NCBI GenBank assembly: GCA_001724265.1
Contig: MEDY01000236.1
Location: 1 to 64,000 of the forward strand
DNA from: Rhizaria sp. SCN 62-66
Taxonomy: Eukaryota
Direction of reading: 5' to 3'
Length of the DNA: 64,000 nt
Below, piece after piece: positions 56,555 to 64,000 of the stretch. The translations under genes were made by a program, and so were the position numbers. Below the pieces are notes generated by a model. The model worked only from the letters and a program-made list of their open reading frames with translations. It did no database searches and was not told where the DNA came from. How positions within the stretch are numbered: the stretch's first letter is position 1; every line of letters begins with the position of its first letter.

Positions 56555-57478
56555 GCCTAGATGGTGTAGGAGTGGAGAGGGCAAGGGTGAACGGGACGAT
56601 TGAGTCGGACGCGGTTTCGGGAGTGGAAGCAATGGAGTGGGGGGGCGTATAAGAGCGACGAGAAGGGGGAGCAACATGTGGAGGATATGTCGCTCTGAGA
56701 AAATGCAAAAACAAAAACACGTTTAAAACATATTTGAAATGAAGAATTAAAGAAAATATCACTATTAAAACGACAGGATATGCGCGAAATAGCGTTTTTG
56801 ACTCTGGACCTCATGCTGCTGCTAGCCTTGCCTACGTAGTCCCACGAGAGTCCTTCCTCAACTCACCACAGAGTCGATTTGGTCCAACGCACTTAAGTGA
56901 AGATATCTCAGGATGACAAACACTAAAAGAGCTCTACCTAATTTCATATGGCTTTAACAGCGGGATCACACAGTATCAACATGATTTTTATTCTAGCCAA
57001 AGTGTGCATATCCATGGAATCTTACGTTTCAGGACAAATTCAATACGCACGCTTTGTATCTACTGATTCAGGCAACAAACAGCTGTTTATGTTAGGTATT
57101 AAATGATAATACATGTTCAATACAGTTTCAATCTTGAATATAAAGAGTATGTGTCAGGAGAGTGCATATACCGATTCTGAGCATTTTTCGGTCCTGCGGC
57201 ACGAGGAGGCGGCTTGTTTTCTCCCGGCCAGTTCGAACCAGCGGGCTCTCTTTGCAAGCGTAATACGAGCTCACACAGCCTTCGTACAGAGTTTATGCTT
57301 GCCACTTTGATAACTTCTTGCGACGTTCTATATTATATTCCAACTGTAATCGCAGCCATTGTTGTTTTCATGCGTGAGAGCTTTGCTCCGTCATCGCCCT
57401 CGAAGGACTTTCGTTTCCAGCTCTGACTGACTTCTCGGACCCTTATTTCTCTCGCCCACCTTTACCTTTTGCTTCAGA

Positions 57479-58533
57479 ATGGCTTCTCTCGTTCACAAGA
57501 CTCGTAGTTGGGTTTCCCTCGTCCTCTCGGACCCCGGTGTACGTCCTCTTTCCACCCTCATTTTGCTCCGTTTCCTCGTCGCAGCGACTGGCCGTCGGTC
57601 GCGTCACCGCTTTGCCGCCGCGCGCGGACCCTCCGCCGCCGCCGTTCTCTGTCTCCAGCCACTCAGACGCGCACGTCCCCGCGTGCACGCGTCTCTCACT
57701 TGTCCCCAACACCCAGTGATACTGTGCAATTTGGCATCGCTGCGGTTTGAGGCCCTGGAGCAGCCCAGCCCCTCCCGCGGTCGCGTCGGCTTCTCGGAGA
57801 ATCGGTGTCATCCGACTCGTCATCGCGCGCGCTCTGCTCTGTCGCGCACATTCCCGCATCGGTATTATTGCGATATGCAAGTATATATGCGTAAAGTGAT
57901 TACAATGACACTGTATTCATGCTGCATTTCATCATTTTCAATCTATTTGACTCACATTTTACGCTTCTTTGCGACTTTGCCGTTGCTCGTTGCCCCGGTC
58001 ACTTGACAGAACTACCCCCTCCTTGCCGCCAACCTCGCTGGCTGCGGTGTCCTTGCCTTCTTCGGCGGCCGCAAGGTACGTACACTCTCTAAATCGCAAC
58101 AGCTACCGTCATTTGCGCTTTTTGCGGCGTTGCTCAGCATCTTCAGAGATCCAACTCAAACTCATCCAACAATGTCCGCCTCATCCTCTTTTGCTTTCCC
58201 TCTTAGCTCCTGCACCACCCCGACGTCCGCCCCTCCATCTCCGAGCGCTCTATCGCCGACACGACCCCCGCGACGCTCGAGAACGGCCACACGTTCCGCG
58301 CCGGCACCGCGCTCTTCTCCGCGCCCCTGAGCTGGATGGCCGACAAGTACCACGCCATTACCTTCCTCGGCGGCCGCCCCCGCGACAACAACTTCTGGAC
58401 CGTCGCCGGCTACTCCGAGCGCGTTCCTGCCCCTCTGGAGCACACCAACTACTTCGAGGACGGCCTCTTCAAGGCCACCCCCCCGTCGCCCGCCCCTACC
58501 GGCGTCTTCCACGCTGCCGATGACAAGGAGTAA
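57479..58533 (+). CDS. NDUFA4/B12D (COXFA4)-like mitochondrial membrane protein with a C-terminal extension; at least 3 exons, first donor uncertain
   Basis: Exon 58010-58075 NYPLLAANLAGCGVLAFFGGRK splices to exon 58207-58533 LLHHPDVR..., giving a YPL-TM-PDVR signature. Strong codon bias; TAA stop. Confidence 0.6.
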
Positions 58534-59221
58534 GTAAGTCAGCCCAGCCCAGCCCAGCTCAGCTAAGCTAAACGAAGCCCTGCTTCTTTTACTCGACTTC
58601 TGACCATGTCTCTGTTTGTTCGTCCGTTTGTTTGGACGGGCTGACGGAGCACCATGGTGTTGACTCAGTTAAGTAACAAACAACCCCGTGATCCGTGATC
58701 CGGCAAAGTTAGCACTTGTGCTTCTCTGCTGATGCGGTGTGACGTCTCGCGATGAAAGGCGGCGTATTGTTTTGTGATCTAGAGAGCTGTGCATTGTTGA
58801 CTCGCGCTCTCTCTCGAACTCGCTTCGACTGTTTTATTGATTTTATTTTCCGTCCCCCCTATCATCGCTTGGTCTCCTCGCTCGCAGTGTGTGTACCAAG
58901 ACACGCCTGCCCGTTTGAGTCTCGAGACTCAAGCCATTCATAATACAAACCCTAAGTTATAAAATAGTATCCTATAAGAACACAGATAACATAGATCTAA
59001 GTACTTTGTTTTATTAATCCGCATATAATAAGCTTAAGCAGAAGCATATGGCCATCTGACCCTCAATAAGACTGGAAGCACGAACAGACTCCAGTCAATT
59101 GCACTCTCTTACACACTAGCAACTTCAAGGATCACTACATACAGCTGACTCGCAGCCTGTCTCACCGGACGTCACCGTACGGGGCTCAGACGGGCGCTCA
59201 GACTGGGCGCAGACGGGGTGC

Positions 59222-60584
59222 TCAGGCGGGCGTGGTGGCAACGTCGGCGGCACGGATGGACTTGACGAAGATCTTGTGCGGCTGCTGGCGGCCGGGCCCG
59301 TTGGCGCCCAGCGACCAGTCGTAAGAGCACGCGTAGGCGTACATGCTCCCGTCGGGGCTGAAGACGCCCGTCGAGATCGGGCCCTGCTTCGGCTGCGGAG
59401 AGGATAAGGGGAAACAACGACAAAGAGACAAAGAAAGGAGTGAGCGTGAGCGTAAGTGTGTGTGATGCAGAGTCGAGGTGAGGATAACCGATGTTTTGGC
59501 ATTGCAGAGTGAGATAAATATGATCGCCATATCTTAAACAGATGCATTGCATTGAACAGAGACAAACCAAGCCAGCAGAGTAAATGCGGAAACTCTTGCC
59601 AAGCGTGTGCGGGGAGGGGGCGACGTACGTTGTGCGTGTTGATCGAGACTTTGCCGATGTGGTTCCACATCGTGATCTCCTCGTTGCCCGTCGTAGCGAG
59701 CGCGCCCGTCGAGGGGTGGAACGACAGCGACGTGACGGGAAAGATGTTGCTGATGTTGCCCGTCGCAGACCGGTGGCAGCGGAAGGGGAACGACTTGTCG
59801 GCCAGCGCGCCGAAGTACTTGATGTGCGCGCGGCCCTCAATGGAGCCCGTGGCGTAGCCCATGTCGTTCGGCATCGCGCCCACCACGCGGGTCTGCACAG
59901 AACAACAGTAGAGAGAGATGAGAGAGATAAGAGAGGTGAGTTAGATCGGAGCGAAAGCAAAGCAGAAGCATATGGACCAAGATATAGCGGTAACAAGTCG
60001 ATAATAAAAACGTGGTGACAAACCTGGAACTCGTGGGGCGTCTCGGCCGTCTCGAAGAACGCGGTCGGGTTGCGCACGTCGACGCAGCCGACGAGGCGGT
60101 TCTCCATACCGATGACGAGCAGGTTGCCCGCGGCGTCCATCGAGTAAACCTTGCCGGGCAGCGCGAGCTCGGCCACGGGGGCCTTGGTCTGCGAGCGCGG
60201 GTCCCAATACCGCACCGCCTTGTCCCAGCCGCCAGTGACGACGGCGCCGAGAGAGGGCAGCAGTCGGCAGTCCTTGATGGCGGCCGCGTGCTGGCCCACA
60301 ACTATCGACTGGTTGGCGTTCGGGTCGAAGGCGCGCAGCACGTTGTCGCAGCCGGCGGAGAAGATGAGTCCGTTGGCCGAGTCGCACTGGACCGAGAGGA
60401 CGGGCGCCTCGTGTTCGTACGCAGTCGCGGGGGCGATGCCCTGCGCAGTCAGCGTCCAGACGGAGACCTTCTTGCTCCAGGAGCCGGAGGCGAGGACGGG
60501 CGTGTTGGCGTACGTGCCGAACGACAGGGAGGAGACGGTGTCCTGCGGAACCTGGGGCACGGGGCGGTCAGCGACTGTAGCCAT
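59222..60584 (-). CDS. RAE1: mRNA export factor Rae1/Gle2 (WD40); 3 exons
   Basis: PQDTVSSLSF, TGGWDKAVRYWDPR, FQ|TRVV, GSIEGR, FRCHR, YACSYDWSLG (the SYDW motif favours Rae1 over Bub3); TGA stop. Confidence 0.88.
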
Positions 60585-61012
60585 GTTGGATCTGAAACTG
60601 GGTCTGTTTGGGAGCGACAAGAGACGGGGCGAGGAGGGTGGTGAGCGAGATGCGAGACGTTTGGATCGCGTCGCCGGGGATGCGAAGCAGAGGAGCACAG
60701 ACATTCGCATATGAAAAGATTTTAACGTACCAAATAAATTACCTCCTCTGGAAACTCTAAAGTTGAACGAGATTAAAAAAAGACGAGTGTGCTTTCCGCT
60801 TTTTCTCTTCGAAAAAATGCCGTCCACCCGCGCACCAGCTGAGGCTAGAAGCGCCACCACAGCTCTCATCTGGTGACAATCAGTGTCCATAGCCGTTGGG
60901 TGACGCAGTGCAATATAGGATGTACCGAAGTGAACAAGAGACTAGTGTATTAATGAAGTTGTTCTTCAAGTTATATAGATCCTATTTAACATTTTGCCGT
61001 CGATTCAAGCTC

Positions 61013-64000
61013 TTAGGTGAACGCCGAGTCGTTCAACCAGTCTGACGAAGTGCCCGTCCTAATCGCACCAGGACCAGCACCAGCGCCCGCACCCGCACCG
61101 CCGGCGAGCCCACCCAACCCCAGGGCTTCAAGGCTGCGCATAAACGGGTCGTCCGAGGCCCGTCCAGCAATGCCGAGGCCGCTCGCCTGCGGCCGCCCGT
61201 ATCCTCCTGGCTGCTGCAGCGGCTGCTGCTGAGGGTATTGCTGTTGGTAGCCGGCAGCCGCACCCGTGTTGCTGTTGAAGCCTCTGCCGGTGCCGGCGCC
61301 GACGCCACTACCACTAAAGCTCAGCCCAAGCGCGGCGGCCAGCTCGTCGGCCACGTCTCCGCCCGCCGCGATGCCCGTCCGAGTACTGGGGTTAGGGTAA
61401 GCGCTTGAGCTGCCGGCGCGGTACGGCGACGCTGAGGGCACGGGCGCCGTCGCGATCGCACTCGGCGCAGCGTATCCCGTCACTGGCGTGGGGTTGAAGT
61501 TGTTGTAGTTCCCCGCGCCCGCGGTCGATAGCTGCGAGTCGTTGAGCGCGTCCAGGCTGCCGAACCCGCCGTAGCCCGCCGCGGCTGCAGCAGCGGGCGC
61601 GGGCGCGGGCACAGCGCTGGCGGCCGGCGGCAGGGTCGCAGCGGGCGCCGTGGACGCGAAGGCCGAGTCCGAGTCCAGAAACGCCGGCTGGCGCTGCGGC
61701 CTCTCGGCAGCCACTGCGGCGGCCTCGTCCTCGGCCCACCGCGCGGGCCCGTAGCTGCCGCTCGTGGCCGCGAAGCCGAACGCGGGGTGGCCCGCCGCGG
61801 CGCCGGGGCCGAAGCTCGCGGCAAACGTGCTGTGCTGCTGCTGCTGCTGCTGCTACTGCGGTTGGCCGTAGGCAGTGGCGGCGGCGGGGCGCGCGGGGGA
61901 GGCGGCGTGGGGTGTGCCGAGAGCGCGGGCGAGCTCGGCGCCGATGTCATCGTCGTCATCGTTCTTGTTGTTGCGCTTGCCGAAGCCGTGGCCGTGACTA
62001 GCGTGGACGTTGTTGAAGTCGCCGCTGTGGCTCGGCGTCGGCGGCTGGTACTGGAACTGCGTTTGTGACTGCTGCTGAGAGAGCTGGCCAGAGAGATGAG
62101 CGTTGGCCTCGGCCGCAGCGTAGGCAGCGGCACGCCGCTCCATGGCGCCCGCCAGCCCGCCCGCCTTGGCGCTTGCACCGGCGGCGGGAGCGGGCTGGGC
62201 GGCGGCAGGGGTGAACTGGCCGTAACCAATCTGGTGCTGCTGCTGCTGCGGCTGCTGCTGTTGAGGCCTCTGCTGCTGTTGCTGCTTGTTGGCAACGGGA
62301 GCGGCGTCAAAGCTGTTAAATATGTCAGACGCGTCATTGTCCTCATCGCCAGCAACAAGAGGTGCAAGCATATGCTGCTGCTGCTGCAGCTGCGGTTGCT
62401 TGTGCGTGTTGGCAGCTGCAGGGCGCTCGTCCCAGTCGTCGAAGGGATCTGCCGTCTCCTCAGTCAAGTGACCGTGGGCAGGGTGATCGTGAGGCAGGCC
62501 GAACTGGTTGTTGTTGCTGTTGTTGCGCGCGTAGCCCGAGACCGTGGCTGTCGACGGCACGGGGCCCGGCGGCAGCAGTGGGGCGCCCACCAGGCCCAGA
62601 CTGTCGTCATCACCATCAACGCCCTCGAACTCAGCCTTACCCTCGCGCTCGCGCTCGCGTCCGGGGTAGTTGTAATGATCGCTGTCGAAGTCATCGTCGT
62701 CGCGACCGTGCGCACCGGTCACAGCCGGAGCCGCAGCAGCAGCAGTGGCAATGTTGGCGTTGGCGTTGGCCTTGGGGTCGTCGACGAGCACGGGCCCGTC
62801 CTGCACCTCAGCGTCGTTGTCGCCGTAGTCGACGTCGCTCTCGCCCGCGCCGCGCGCGCCCCCCTCCTCCTCGTCGTCGTCAAGCCCGAAGGCGAAGTCG
62901 CCCGCGGCCGCGCCCGGCGGCGGCGGCACGTGCTACGCGACGTCGACGCCGGCGCCCGTCGCGCCCAGCGCAGCCGCCGGGGCCGGCGTCGGGGCCAGGG
63001 CCGTGGGCGGGAGCTCGGACGCAGGCGCAGACACAGGTTCGGGCTGTGCAGCAACAGGCGCAGGCCCAGGCTCAGGCACGGCAGTCGGCGCGGGCTCTTG
63101 CTGCTTCTCAGCACCGGCTGTGGCCGCATCCGCGTTGGGATACGCCGCGGGCACCCTTTCCTTGTTCACGTCACACAGATACTCCTGCTCCTCATCGTAG
63201 TCGTCGTCGTTCTCGACGCCTTCGGCCACGGTCGCGGAGACCTGCGCGCTAGGCGGCAGCGGCGGCGGCGGCAGCATCGCGCCCGCCGCGCGGTCGAAGA
63301 TGGACATCGTGCGCGTCTTTTGCTTTGGCACAAACGCCATCGCAGGCGCCGCAGCCGCACCAGCGCCAGCGCTGTAGCCATGGCCGTGTCCGTGTCCGTG
63401 AGCGTGGCCGGCGACAGTGACGGCCGGAGCGGGCGCGGGGGGAACGGAGAGGCCGCCGCCCGAGGCCGGAAGCGTGAGCGCAGACTTGGGCGGCAGCGGC
63501 GGCGGCACGCGTGGCGGCGACACTGCACTGGCAGGCTCGCCAGCACCAGCGCCAGCAGCTGTCACAGCAGCGGGCAGGCCCGTCGCCGCCGGGGAGCTGA
63601 CCGACAGGCGCGCGTGCAGCGGCGGCGGCGGCAGCGCGGCGTGCCGCGTGGGCAGCGGCACGTCCGCGCTGGGGCTTGGGGGCGCGGCTCCCAGTGAGCG
63701 GGCGCATTGCCCCAACCCCAGCTCCAGCCCCTGTCCCTGTCCCTGTGCGAGCAGCGACGGCACGCCCTCGTCGTCTTCGCCCTCGGCGCCCGCGGGGCCG
63801 AACACGAGCTGGCCCGGCGCGGGCTGGGCGGGCGCGGCCGGCGCGGCGCCGCGGGCGGGCTTGACGGGCGCGGCGCGGGAGGAGGCCGCCGACGGGTGCA
63901 GCGGGGAAGAGCGCGAAAAGGCACGCTTGCCGGCGCGGTTGGGCGAGGTGCGGGCGCGCGCGTAGTAAATGCGACCGGTGCCGGCGATGAAGAACTTGCC
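61013..64000 (-). CDS. Low-complexity Pro/Gln/Ala-rich protein, 5'-truncated by the window edge, with two in-frame TAGs (62933-62935, 61853-61855)
   Basis: ORFs 62933-63805, 61853-62929 and 61013-61714 are in one frame, which is open from 64000 except at the two TAGs; final TAA. Confidence 0.7.

Noticed and set aside
58207-58260. Suspected frameshift in the NDUFA4-like last exon
   Set aside because: Careful reading gives GAC GTC CGC CCC TCC ATC TCC, in frame to the TAA at 58531.
1-64000. CRISPR arrays, prokaryotic operons or defence systems
   Set aside because: The sequence is eukaryotic with spliceosomal introns; all repeats seen are coding tandem repeats or microsatellites without unique spacers.

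Overview
Gene-dense nuclear DNA from an aerobic eukaryotic microbe (protist). Exons are GC-rich and often Ala-rich, while introns (mostly 100-250 nt, GT-AG) and intergenic spacers are AT-richer. About 25 protein-coding genes are supportable. They include VPS50, SRP54, RPS3, RPL36A/eL42, PCC1, COX6B, EMC4, a centrin, UCHL5, CLYBL, PPP1R21, an O-methyltransferase, a mitochondrial carrier, a BPI/LBP protein, an NDUFA4-like protein and RAE1. The main result is evidence for a variant nuclear genetic code in which UAG is a sense codon (most likely Gln) while UAA and UGA remain stops. Six in-frame TAGs interrupt three otherwise continuous reading frames; one sits inside a poly-CAG tract and one aligns with CAG in a tandem repeat. 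None of the roughly 25 inferred gene ends uses TAG. Two window-wide splicing peculiarities also stand out: almost every start codon has a splice-acceptor-like YAG 0-11 nt upstream (5'UTR introns or SL trans-splicing), and 5' splice sites are dominated by GTACGT. All gene identities come from recalled motifs, not database searches, and exon boundaries were inferred by eye.
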